Below, piece by piece: positions 24,376 to 35,320 of a stretch of DNA of 64,000 bases. The stretch spans positions 5,458,001 to 5,522,000 of the forward strand of contig CM119371.1 of NCBI GenBank assembly GCA_051294905.1, given 5' to 3'. A program made the translations under genes and the position numbers. The DNA comes from Botryllus schlosseri (taxonomy: Eukaryota). Position 1 is the stretch's first letter. Every line of letters starts with the position of its first letter. The notes beneath the pieces are model-generated. The model did not search any database, was not told the origin of the DNA, and saw only the letters and a program-made list of their open reading frames with translations.

Positions 24376-24765
24376 GGGGGAGATAGCGCAGTGGTAAGCG
24401 CTCACCAATCTGGCGGACTTGATTCGATTCCGGTCCGAGGTTTATCTGGGCTCCTCTCCCCCCGCCGTTGCCGTTCTTGCGACGACAAAAAAAGCCCAGT
24501 AAAATACCCAACGAAAGGAAGCACTCACAAGGAATGGAAAGAACCAGCAGTATAAAGGGCCTCAACAAGTTCAAGATCGAAAAGAACTGCGTGACATCGG
24601 ACACTAGGCCCAGGTGGATGTCAGATTAAAAGGACCGCAACTGTATGCGTGTCGTTTGACATCGTCCTATCTGTTAATCACTTGGCATTGTGTCTTATCG
24701 CATTGTAGGCCTACATTGTGTGTGACTACAGATGATAAATATAACCCAACTATATTATCCTCTTA
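24376..24765 (+). mobile_element. tRNA-derived SINE (family 2)
   Basis: GGGGGAGA start, A box TAGCGCAGTGG (24384-24394), B box GATTCGATTCC (24421-24431), then a non-tRNA body. 3' end approximate. Confidence 0.65.
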
Positions 24766-26949
24766 TTTTCCTGGACTGCGGAAGCAGTTGTAATCAGTTT
24801 ACACCAGAATACACAGATCAAAGGTACTTCATCCCCGTGGGAAAATTAAGTCATTTTCAACTAAGACTGTGAGAACCATAAAAGAAGTTGACCAGCGTAG
24901 TAGCTGTGACATCCATAATTTGACATACCTTCAAGCACTGATTTAATGAGCCGTTCGCAGTTTCACTTTACGTTCACTTCCCAGCAAACACAGTACAGAC
25001 CAAAGATGTAGAAAAGCCGAGCCGATGTAGTAGATATTAGATCTTGGCAGGTTGTAGAAAGGGGGATTTTGTGTCGACTCAATTCAACGTCTTTTCCATG
25101 TCCTTCAATAATGTAAATATTATGTAGATGCTACAGCCTTTAAACATGGTGAGTAGAATGTAGATCCTACGTTAGAAGAAGAAGATCCTGATATAAAAAC
25201 CTGTTTTCTACCACTATGGGCTTAACCTGATCACGGCTGCGTACACACACCACATTATTTACTACATATTAATCACATTTGTGATAATTTAATTTCAAAC
25301 GAATTGGCAATAATGCCGTTGTAAAAAATAAAACGAACAAACGAATGTCTTCAGAAAGAAAGTGAAAACAGTCCTTATCATCAGGTTTCATCTTCTGATG
25401 AGCCAGTTAAATAACCAGCATGCGGCCTTTTCTTTTCAACACCCTGCAGAAATAAAATGAAAATGATGATTGATAGCTAAGACATTCGTACTGCGAAAAT
25501 GGCAGAGGTAGCGACTAACGAATGACTCCTACATTTTTTTCGCCCATACTTACTAAAATGGATTCGATTCTGAACTATTTCCACTCAAGTTTTCAAGTTT
25601 TATTATTATATTTTTTAATATTATATGACTAGAGAACTGACTTCAATCGTCACTTCTACTTGATTATCAAGATCAACGATGACTACTTCAGCACTCTTTG
25701 AAAACAGCCACTAACACAAAAAGAATTCTTGACTAAAATTTCTTCACATTCTGTCCAAAATGATCAATTCAACAATCCAAATGAATCAGTTATTTGGCAG
25801 CTAGTTGGAGAGATATATACTCAAGTCTAGAAAGTGTAATGATACTCTGCATGGAAAGCTGAAGACCTAATAATATTGTGTACAGAGAACAAAACATTTG
25901 AGTGGCGGCACTGGTATAGACATTAATAAATTATTAGAATTGACAGCAAGATAACCAGCAAGACATTAAAATGAGAATTAGTGCAGTTTCTTAGGCTGTA
26001 GTGATATTCAGCCAGTAATTGACCTAGCAGAGAGCAAAACGTTGTAAATAAAGCGAGCGAAACCTCCGACAAATGATACGATAAAACATTAGAATCGACA
26101 GTCTTACTAGAAGCAGAATAACAATCATGAGGGGTTAGAGAACAGAAGCCCGGGAAGTGACCATCAGAAATTACTGCATACTGGCCGAACAAATCCATGA
26201 CCACTAACAAATGGTCTTTCAATAGTCAATATTGATACCAAATGACACCACCCCTATTTCATAGCAACATTTAGCAAATACAGCGCTGGAGTCAACCTTA
26301 TATAAGCGCTAACCAAACGCCCATTAGTTTTCCCACCTACTACTTCGCGGATGGAAATACGCATTAAAGCGAACGGACGCGACTTGTCACACTCTTGCTA
26401 TTTCTGCTCCTTTTTTCTCTTCGTTCCTCTTCTCTGTCGCTTCCGCTTGAGGAGAGAAACAGTCGGCCGCGTTTACGGATCGTGAATTCCCGGTGGCTGA
26501 TTCTTCCTCGAATGGTCAGCACCTTGAAAATTGAGAACAATGTTGTTGCAAAATGCATGACAATTTGAAAGTTACATCATTCTAATTATTCCAGTTATGG
26601 CCGTGAATCGTTACAAGTGCGGTAACCATAAGAATTATTACTATACTTTAACTACAAATACAATATATTGTATAAAATGATTACCAATTCTTTTACGTTG
26701 ATCGAGTCCCAAATAGATGAAATATGTCAAAGAATTTGCTAAATTTTTGTATAATTTGACAGATTCCGAAATCTTCTCAAAGTGCACCTTTCAAAAATTT
26801 GATATCAAGACTCCCAACATTTTACAATTCGAAGTTGGATGGCTTTACCAATACAAGCAAACAGTTTGTATCGCAATTGACAATTATGTAGAGAACGCTG
26901 CGAGACATATGAGTAGGCCTACCCTAAAACGTTTCCCTGACATGGACAT

Positions 26950-27614
26950 TAGGGCTCTTAAAATATGACTTTTTTTCTCAAATCGTTCTGGCTACTTGAT
27001 AAAATTGTTAGGTTACCTAATTTAAGCCTAAACACAAAATTTGGTTCAATTCCAGCCAGTAACCGCTTTGCTACAGGAGAAGAAAGTTTCTATTTATTAT
27101 ATAAAAATGAATAGGTAATAAAAATTTGAAAATTTTCTGTTCACCCCATGAAAGTGTTAGGCTGTCTATAGAAACGATGCTCACCAAATTTGGTTCAATT
27201 CCAACCAGTGGAAGCGGAGATATAGCCGTCGAAAAATTTGGATTTGAATAAAATAGTATTTACGGTGACCGATTCTTTGTTTACTTATTAAAGTTGTGCT
27301 CACCGTAAGTACTATTTTATTAAAATCCAAATTTTTCGACAGCAATAACTCCGCTTCCACTGGTTGGAATTGAACCAAATTTGGTAAGCATCGTTTCTAT
27401 AGACAGCCTAACACTTTCATGGGGTGAACAGAAAATCTTCAAATTTTTATTATTCATTTTTATATAATAAATAGGAACTTTCTTCTCTTGTAGCAAAGCG
27501 GATACTGGCTGGATTTGAACCATATTTTGTTTGTAGGCTTAAATTAGGTAACCTAACAATTTTATCAAGTAGCCAGTACGATTTGAGAAAAAAAGTCATT
27601 TTTGAAGAGCCCTA
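26950..27614. mobile_element. Near-perfect palindromic MITE (hATm-like ends)
   Basis: Arms of about 320 bp (26950-27268, 27300-27614) are reverse complements around a loop of about 31 nt. TAGGGCTCTT/AAGAGCCCTA ends. Confidence 0.92.
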
Positions 27615-28051
27615 CTGTTCATGACCGTCCACGTTTAGAGTTGCATCTCAAAGATGCTAAAATAAGCCTAAATATAATCCAAGCAATACGATCGTCCACT
27701 TTGACTGACTGAATTTCTAAAAACACCTTGATAGCTTCCACATCTTACGTTTATATATACCGTCTGCTATCGGCACAACAAAGTAGGCCTATTTAAAAGT
27801 ACCAAAACAGATTCAACATACCACATCTCTTGCTTTTGCTTTCATTCGATTTTCCATCAAACTTCTTTAAATCCTCCTTTGTGGTGAGTTGCTTTGGAAT
27901 TCTCCTAGGATCAATTCCGATATCGTTTTATCATCTACAATCTATGGCGGAATAAAAGTTTCGGATAAGTTCTAAAACGAACACAATTTTCCACACAAAA
28001 GTCAATTGCCACACGAAATGCCAAATGCTACGGTCTCATTTTACAAGGTAT

Positions 28052-29226
28052 GGCGAGGAAACGTAGTGGTACGTTCCATTATAGCTAAACACCAATGAAT
28101 TGCGGGTTCGAGCGTGACACGTCGACTCCATAATTCCTACCGAAGTGTTGGCCGTTTATCTAGGCTCCTCCTCGCCATCTGATTCGCATAGCCATGTCTT
28201 AAAAAGCCTAGGAGTGGGCCGTGCTGTAAGTGGGCAGATGGTTGCCGATGCACCCGGCACTTGGTGAATTCGGCCGCACAAACTCGGCACTTGGTGAATT
28301 CGGCCCTCGAGAAATTTTGAAATGAAGTGTATTTACAGCTATTAATATGAATTATCAAACTAATAATAGTATTATCAAGTGATTCGTCAATCTTGTAAGG
28401 AGGTCAGGGCATCCGTAGATCGCGCAGTCACGGCGTGATTAGATCACGGATTGCGTAGCCACGGGAAATAACACAGCGCTCATATACCGACCACGCGCGG
28501 TCTGCTTGGAATCGATGGCATGAGTCACGGGCCTGTGTCGTGTAAGTTTTGAGAAGATGGATCTTGGCGTTGTATGTGAGATCAAAACTGTGGAACATCA
28601 AGCGGCGCTTCTTCGTTTATCGATCACGACAAGCCAGTGTTCCTCATCAACAAATGTTTCGCATGATCACGTCAAAATAAATTATTTTTTGCCTTTGGAG
28701 AGACGATTCCACTCTGGTATTAGGGTGTCTCGATAACACGGTTGAAGGATCCCAAGATTACGAGATCTACCACGAGCCACGACACGTTTAAATTTCCTTT
28801 TTGATACTGTTCATTCATACTAAATGCATTTCTAATGCGAAGGTGTTCTAGTGCCAATTCCTCCAAGGGCCGAGTTCACCAAGTGAAGAGCTTCGCGTTA
28901 TTTCCCGCAATTACGCAATCTGTGATCTAATCACGCCGTGACTGTGTGATCTACGCATGCCCTGACCCCCGTACAACATTGACAACCACTCAAAGTGCCA
29001 AGTTCACCGGCAAACATTCCAGTAACCAATCATGGTGACCGGTACCGCTACGAGATCTACCACGGCCGAATTCACCAAGTGCCGAGTTTGTGCGGCCGAA
29101 TTCACCAAGTGCCGAGTTCACTGGTAATCGGGCAGATACGGAATAATAATAATAAGAACCGGCCTGGTGTAAAATGACCAGTGTAGTCGAACCACCACCA
29201 TGAACACCACAAACAAACAAATAAAC
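28052..29226 (+). mobile_element. tRNA-derived SINE (family 1), interrupted by 28240-29129
   Basis: Degenerate A box (..CGTAGTGG), B box GGTTCGAGC (28105-28113), body shared with 21564-21762, (CAAA)n tail. Confidence 0.78.
28240..29129. mobile_element. GG-terminated 8-bp-TSD element, relative of 12533-13254
   Basis: Ends GGTTGCC / GGTAATC. Exact TSD GGGCAGAT. CGGCACTTGGTGAATTCGGCC subterminal repeats. Internal inverted repeat about 28392-28472 vs about 28897-28976. Confidence 0.9.
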
Positions 29227-31122
29227 ATCTAACATGGAAAAGAAATTACCTTTGCAGCCTTTGACAAACACAGTTACCATTGAAACCAGCAATTAAGGTC
29301 TTGTTCGAAAGCAGAATAACAACTGTTTTAGTGGACATATCAAATCAAATGTTGGAAAGTTCATGTAAAATAGCCCAAAATATTATCTTACTGTGACCAT
29401 ATTCCATCAATATGGCCTGGCTAGCCAAATTCTCTGGGCCAACATAATCAAGCTGCGTTTGGTTTCAACGATTAATAATCTTGTCACTGGATTCGAGGTA
29501 TAATTGCACTCAAATATCAAATTTTGCTCCATTAATCAACATCAAGTTGAAAATGTCCATTCTTGCACCAACTTTTATAAAATCATGAATCAGTGTTCTA
29601 CAGGAATGTATCTATATGACTTATATACCTAGAAAATTCAAGCATAAATATTATGATATACCGTAGGTATAGTTACCGGTAATTCAGATGTTTGAAGCGA
29701 ATTATAGTGGTCTAATTTCACTAAATTAGAGCGAAATGCCAGCAATATAATTGTAATCTAATTCGGAAAAACGGTTTAGCTCTAATATAACCTGGAAAAG
29801 CTGAAACTTTTCTATAGTTGTCTACACCTGTTTTGCAGAAAGTCAAACAGCTCTAGGCGTCATATACTACAGGCAATTCGAAATACCCCATAAGCTATAT
29901 GCTACTGCATATATACCTTTAACCCGCTACCTCAGTCAGTCACAATTCCTATATATTTACGGCATTTACCATACAGAAAGAGCGAACTATGCCTGGCTGC
30001 GACCTGTTGCGCGTCAAATCTTTGTATGGCGCGATGACGTAAAATTTGAATCGCCGAAATATTCTAGAAGTCACGCATCGATAATCATATTCCTAAACGT
30101 ACAACATATCACTTTTATTTAGTTATTCTCTGAATAAAACTATTAACCATTCTCGTTGAACATGCGAGATTACCGAAAGAGCGAATATATATATAATGAA
30201 GATCATATATATCAGAGGAAAACAAAACTATTCGACCTTAGAGCAACAACACGAATATACAACACCGGTGACATCCTCACGCAATAAAACGAAGGGAGAA
30301 CATTGTTTTCTAATGGATAGAACGAAGCTACCGCATGAGATCGAACAAAACCGGATAGAATTCATCGTGATTGAATGTACCGACAAAGTCATCCTTTCTA
30401 CGTATTTTAGTCGTACCCGCGAGAGATAGAAAATTTGCATTATTAGGTTAACTACCGGATATAACGAAGTCTAATGCATGAGATGGAACAACACCGAGTA
30501 TGAATTTATTCTGATTGAATATAACCACAAGACCATCCTACTACGTATTTTAGACATTCCCTCGACACTTAGAAAATCAGAACCTAATCGAGATGATCCC
30601 GGATGATCCTTTTACGGTTTTGTGTTTGCTGGGTTCGCACTTACACCTGCATGGCTTAATCTTTGAGACAAGCATATTCATCTTTGTCTGCTATTACATT
30701 TGTTCAGTCAGTCCACGATTTGCGTATGGGTAGTCTGTCGTCTGACCCGTCGTTTTCATTGAAAAATCCTTCTGGGATTTGTATACGAAGTTGTTATAAG
30801 TTAATTTCTCTTGCCAAATTATCGTGTTCGAGCAACAAAACTACTTTCTACATGTCAGAAAGTAAACAGTTCGTATTTCAACTTTAAATTAAACGGTTAA
30901 TTTTGATATAGTCCAGAAACGGAAGAGTAAGCAGATGAAAACCTACTGGCATGTTCCAAAATAAAAAGTGCTTTCTTATTTAGCTATATAGACTAAGAGC
31001 ACCATCACCGACGTGATGGAAACATCCATCGAAAAGAGAGCATCAGAGTTAGCTAGTTACATTTTATTATAATTACTACTCATGTAGAAACAATTGAATA
31101 GTATAGGCTATTCATATTGAAA

Positions 31123-31677
31123 CAGGGTTGTAACCAAGTCACAAGGCTCCGAGTCACAAGTCAATCTCACTTTTATAGTCTTGACTCGAGTCATTTTCAA
31201 TTCACCACCGAGTCAAGTCCGAGTCCAAGTCAGCGAGCAGAGGGTCGAGTCCGAGTCATGGTATTATGACTCGAGTCCGAGTCCAACTCATTGTGTTGAC
31301 TGCTCAGTTTCCAGTTGAAGTCTTGTTAAACCTACTTTTCACAACTCTACTTGGTGATATCGAATGGTTCGCATTGATAATATAAAAATTTTGCTCACTT
31401 TTAGCAATTTCTGGTCGCATTTTAGGGTACTCGTACCAATAGACGAAATCCCAATAGTGTGATTACTTTACTATTCTTCGAAATTACAATGAATTGTCGG
31501 TCTTGGCCGTCTGAGTCTCGAAACATATGACTATTGTTCGAGTCATGCGTAATGACTCGAGTCCAAGTCGAGTCAATACACAAATTGACTCGAGTCGAGT
31601 CATTTCCGTGTTTTCATAAAATGACTCGAGTCAAGTCGAGTCATCAGAAAATCAGGACTCGAGTCATTACAACTCTG
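31123..31677. mobile_element. hAT-type MITE with GACTCGAGTC arrays, inserted in the Penelope pseudo-LTR
   Basis: TIRs CAGGGTTGTAA / TTACAACTCTG. Exact TSD TATTGAAA. Confidence 0.92.
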
Positions 31678-31688
31678 TATTGAAATGA

Positions 31689-31722
31689 ACCCGAATATTT
31701 TCGGCTGACTCTCGTCAGGGGT
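31689..31722 (-). ncRNA. Minimal type I hammerhead ribozyme (Penelope pLTR)
   Basis: Minus strand reads ACCC CUGACGA G-AGUCAGC-C GAAA AUAU UC GGGU: intact core, 4-bp stem I, palindromic AAUAUU helix III. Confidence 0.75.
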
Positions 31723-32324
31723 AATCGTCAGCAACTAGTAGAGAATTCAAAAGAACAGCGTATACAATCATAACACAAAATATGACGTTACCAGCACCCT
31801 AAGCACTCCGCTAAATCAGCATGTTCCTAGATTCATTAGAACACGCTCGGTGAAAAGCTCACCCTTGACTCATCCGCTCAAGATCAAAGGCCATAAATTC
31901 TGTAATTGGCAAACACTTGCTGGATAATCCCACCTGTGCAAAAAAATTAGCGAGACGACAGATTTCGCGTACTCGGAAAGGGTCGCTCACACTTTCATTT
32001 GTGTGCCTTGGAGTCGACGTTTATCAAAATGCACCTGCCATAAGGCTGTGTCAACAAAAAGAGTTCGTGTATCATCTAAAATAGTACATTGAACGCTCTC
32101 GTATTCGACATTTCTTGCAGGTGACGTCATATTCTGTGTCACGATTGTTGATGTACGCTGTTCTTTTGAATTCGTTACTAGTTGCTGACGATTACCCCTG
32201 ACGAGTGTCAGCCGAAATTGTTCAATTGTGTATTGAAGTTCTGTACCTCCAAGAAGCTATTCAAGTAGAAACATACATGGAAATTTCCCCTCGATCAGAG
32301 ATAGTCGATAGGGCCTATATACCA

Positions 32325-32546
32325 TGTCTGTGGTGTGTTAGTAGAGTACTGCATTGCAACCAGGACATCATGTTTGGGGTATGTTTGGAGTGTGTTGGTA
32401 CTGTGTTGCAACCCGGACATCATGTCTGGGGTATGTTTGTACTGTGTTACAACTCGGACATCATGTTTGAGGAATGTTTGAGGTGTGCTCGTACTGCAGT
32501 GCAACCTGGACATCAAGTCTGGGGTATGTTTGGGGTGTGTTGGTAC
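32325..32546. repeat. Degenerate tandem repeat, about 40-52-bp units (GGACATCATGTCTGGGG..GTGTTGGTACTG)
   Basis: Four to five diverged units. Same family as the inverted array at about 42500-42740. Confidence 0.7.
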
Positions 32547-32836
32547 GGTTGCCCGACATATGAGCATGCGACACAATGGAAAACGACAGTTCAGCATGGA
32601 ACACATCAGCATCAGCATGCGTCACTTCAGCATGTGACTGTATAACCCAAAAACTTACCCTAACCCTAAACATAGCCTAACCTAACCTAGCCTAACCTAA
32701 CCTAAAGCCTAACCCTAACCCAACCATAAATCCAACCCTAACCTACCCCTAACCCGTAATTTAACCCACATGCTCATGTGTCGCATGCCGAAGTCTCGCA
32801 TGCTGTAATGTCGCATGCTCATTATGTCCACGGACC
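32547..32836. mobile_element. GG-terminated 8-bp-TSD MITE with telomere-like (CCCTAA/CCTAA)n core
   Basis: Ends GGTTGCCCGACATATGAGCATGCGACA / TGTCGCATGCTCATTATGTCCACGGACC. Exact TSD GTTGGTAC. Confidence 0.9.
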
Positions 32837-34941
32837 GTTGGTACTACATTGCCACACTTGAAGACACCCCATAGTTACCCTAGACAAGATGTCCTTATGT
32901 TCGGTATGCTCCTTATTGCCAAAATGAAAGGCACCCTTTCAGAAATTAGGAGTATTGCGACATTTGCGAGTTGCGTCTGATCCGTGGTCCGCTGTTTACA
33001 TTGTGGTCTTTGTAGTAGTCCGCTCGGTCCGCAGTTCCCCTCGTTCCGCCGTTTAGTATTGCAAGTTCCGCTAGTTCCGCGGTCCGCTCGTTCCGCCGTT
33101 TAGTATTGAGCTATTTTGTTATGGTCCGCTCGGTCCGCAGTTCCGCTCGGTCCGCCGTTTAGTATTGCAAGTTCCGCTAGTTCCGCGGTCCGCTCGTTCC
33201 GCCGTTTAGTATTGAGCTATTTTGTTATGGTCCGCTTGGTCCGCAGTTCCGCTCGGTCCGCCGTTTAGTATTACATGTTCCGCTGTTCCGCGGTCCGCCG
33301 TTTAGAGTTGCCCCACAATCAGCTAACGGAGCGAGAAATACACGTCTGCACTCGGCGACTGACTAAAGCGACTGCCCATTAAGCATTGCATTACCATCAA
33401 GCTTACTTTAGGCTGCAGAGAGAAGATTGTGCCACCACGACTTGATAGAATTCGTGCTCTTCTACTATAGGGTTGAATTCAACTCAAGTTGAATCAAGAA
33501 GTCTACAACAGCAAAAGTGGCACGAATATAGCATACGAACTAGGCAAACGTTTCCTATGGATCAGCAAACCCAGTAGTAGGCTATCTCGACTCGACCTAA
33601 ATCCATGTGTCCAGAAAGAGAAACATATGTAGTAGCCCATAGATGGCGAAGGATTGTTAACATTATACAAACAGGCTGTTGCACTTGCACCACTTGGCAC
33701 CTTGGCAGCAGATAAAGTGACCTGGACCTAATATTTCGATATGCACCTATATGCTAACATCAATTCCATATCGCTACAATTCTAACATCAAATACTTCCT
33801 TAGGTGCTCATATAAACAGCACTTGATAACCAGATCTAATGTGCTGTTAACAAATTTACACTGCTCTGGTTGAAGAAATTCGAAAGTGCCAATGTTCCCT
33901 ACGGTCATCCCTAGAAGACGGAACAGCGGAAACAGCGGAACCAACGGTGCTAACCAGCATGAAAATGTGCCAAAATTCCGTAATTTGGCTTCTAAATGCG
34001 TCAATTGGCAACACTGGCAATAATTCTTCTCTCCGGCAGCCCCTCACTTCTGGTTACGAAACCAGTGTGCCCGAGTCCGGATTTTGAAATGCTCAAAATC
34101 CAAGTCCAACCTGTTTTTTAAAAATCACAATCCTGTCCGATCCGGGTCCGACATTTTTTTTCAAAATCACAATCCGGTCCGATCCGGTACCAACGAAAAT
34201 AACCCATAATCCTGATCCTGTCCAATCCAATGCTCATCTCTGCCGTACAAACTGCCGCCTCGAAATCGCAATTGCTGACAGTCAATTCAAAAAATAACCT
34301 AACCGTTAATATCGCTGGTCAGCCCGTTTCCAACACAGATAATGCCAAATATCTCGGAGTTTTACTGGACTCGAACATGTCCTGGAAGAGTCATATTCAA
34401 TCCCTAGAAACTAAATTATCACCGAAGTGCGGCCTGTTCTACAGCCTTGGGCGCTTCATGCCAGCATGGGTTCTCCTGATACTCTTTAAATCCTTAATCC
34501 AATCGAAGTTACATTATGGCATCCTCTGTTGGGGGGCTGCCAGTAAAACTGCACTCAAGCCACTGCAGAAACTACAGCATAAAGTGCTCCGAATCATAGC
34601 TAGGGCCCCAAAGGGGCCTGGCTGCCCATCCAATAAGTCGCTGCTGAAGAGATTCGGCGTCCTAAACATAGAAGATATGCGGAAACTAGAAATCGCCAAG
34701 TTTATGTATCAGTTTCACTGCGGTCGTTGCCCCGAATATTTCAATGACTTCTTTACCTCTGAATCAAAAGCGCACAAGTACAACACACGCGCGTCCACGT
34801 CGTCCAAATATCATATGATCGACCGAAAAGATCATCGCTCCATCAAATATGCCGGACCTGATGTGTGGAACAGTATCCCGCCGGCCATCCGACAGTCGAC
34901 GAGCATGTCCACATTCAAGTCGAAATACAAGCAATTACTAC

Positions 34942-35320
34942 TGTGGAACGCCCTGCGCCCTCTCACGGTTCATACACTTTGTAAGATACAACATCATTAT
35001 GGTACATCGCCTATATCTGTATATCACGTGACTTATATCTTTCTTCTCGCAACCACGTGACTTACCATTTATCAGCTCGTGCATTTCAATTACAAACTAG
35101 ACTCATCTGCGATTTCCTACTGTATATTCCATACATATTCGACCAATATATCTATCTGAGGCAATACTGTCGTTGCATTCACGTTGAAGTTGTCAGATCC
35201 AGGACTAACGCAGGGACGTGCGTCTACTACTAAAGAGCTAAGTATATCTACCCAGCCACACATTACGTGGGACTCAGGTTACAACTCTAGCAGGTTATCA
35301 GACGCCATATCTGGTCTGCA
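34942..35320 (+). repeat. 5' LTR
   Basis: TGTGGAAC...GGTCTGCA. No difference from 41703-42081 seen by eye. Confidence 0.95.

Larger units (their letters stand above)
24980..30633. mobile_element. EnSpm/CMC-type DNA transposon (non-autonomous, with nested insertions)
   Basis: TIRs CCCAGCAAACACA / TGTGTTTGCTGGG with 2-bp TSD TT. Confidence 0.75.
31090..32232 (+). mobile_element. 5'-truncated Penelope-like element: inverted pseudo-LTR, GIY-YIG C-terminus, pseudo-LTR
   Basis: About 31811-32084 encodes, across frameshifts, LNQHVPRFIR..SVIGKHLLDNPTCA..RFRVLGKGRSHFHLCALESTFIK..LCQQKEFVYHL. It is flanked by the same repeat in minus (31090-31798) and plus (32118-32232) orientation. Confidence 0.88.
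23719..33313. mobile_element. MULE/Foldback-type element with modular TIRs of about 330-350 bp
   Basis: Ends GGGCAACTCTAAACGGCGGA / TCCGCCGTTTAGAGTTGCCC. Exact 9-bp TSD CACAATCAG. TIRs (23719 to about 24050; about 32962 to 33313) are built of GCGGA(A/C)C and TACTAAACGG modules. Confidence 0.88.
22413..34242. mobile_element. hAT-type element expanded to 11.8 kb by nested insertions
   Basis: TIRs CAGTGATGAGC / GCTCATCTCTG. Exact TSD CCGTACAA (22405-22412, 34243-34250). GTCC/ATCC motif arrays at both ends. Confidence 0.85.

Noticed and set aside
24376..24450. Functional tRNA genes (also 28052-28125)
   Set aside because: A/B boxes are present, but I could not fold a cloverleaf and both continue into SINE bodies.
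26687..26727. Hammerhead-like string TTGATCGAGTCCCAAATAGATGAAATATGTC
   Set aside because: The core deviates from CUGANGA and stem I is out of register. Single occurrence; probably chance or a dead relic.
32655..32770. True telomere or chromosome-fusion scar
   Set aside because: Short, degenerate and enclosed in a MITE with TIRs and an exact TSD.
34230..35060. 276-aa ORF as a host gene
   Set aside because: Chimeric: the ATG comes from a hAT TIR, the body is LINE RT C-terminus and the tail is LTR sequence.
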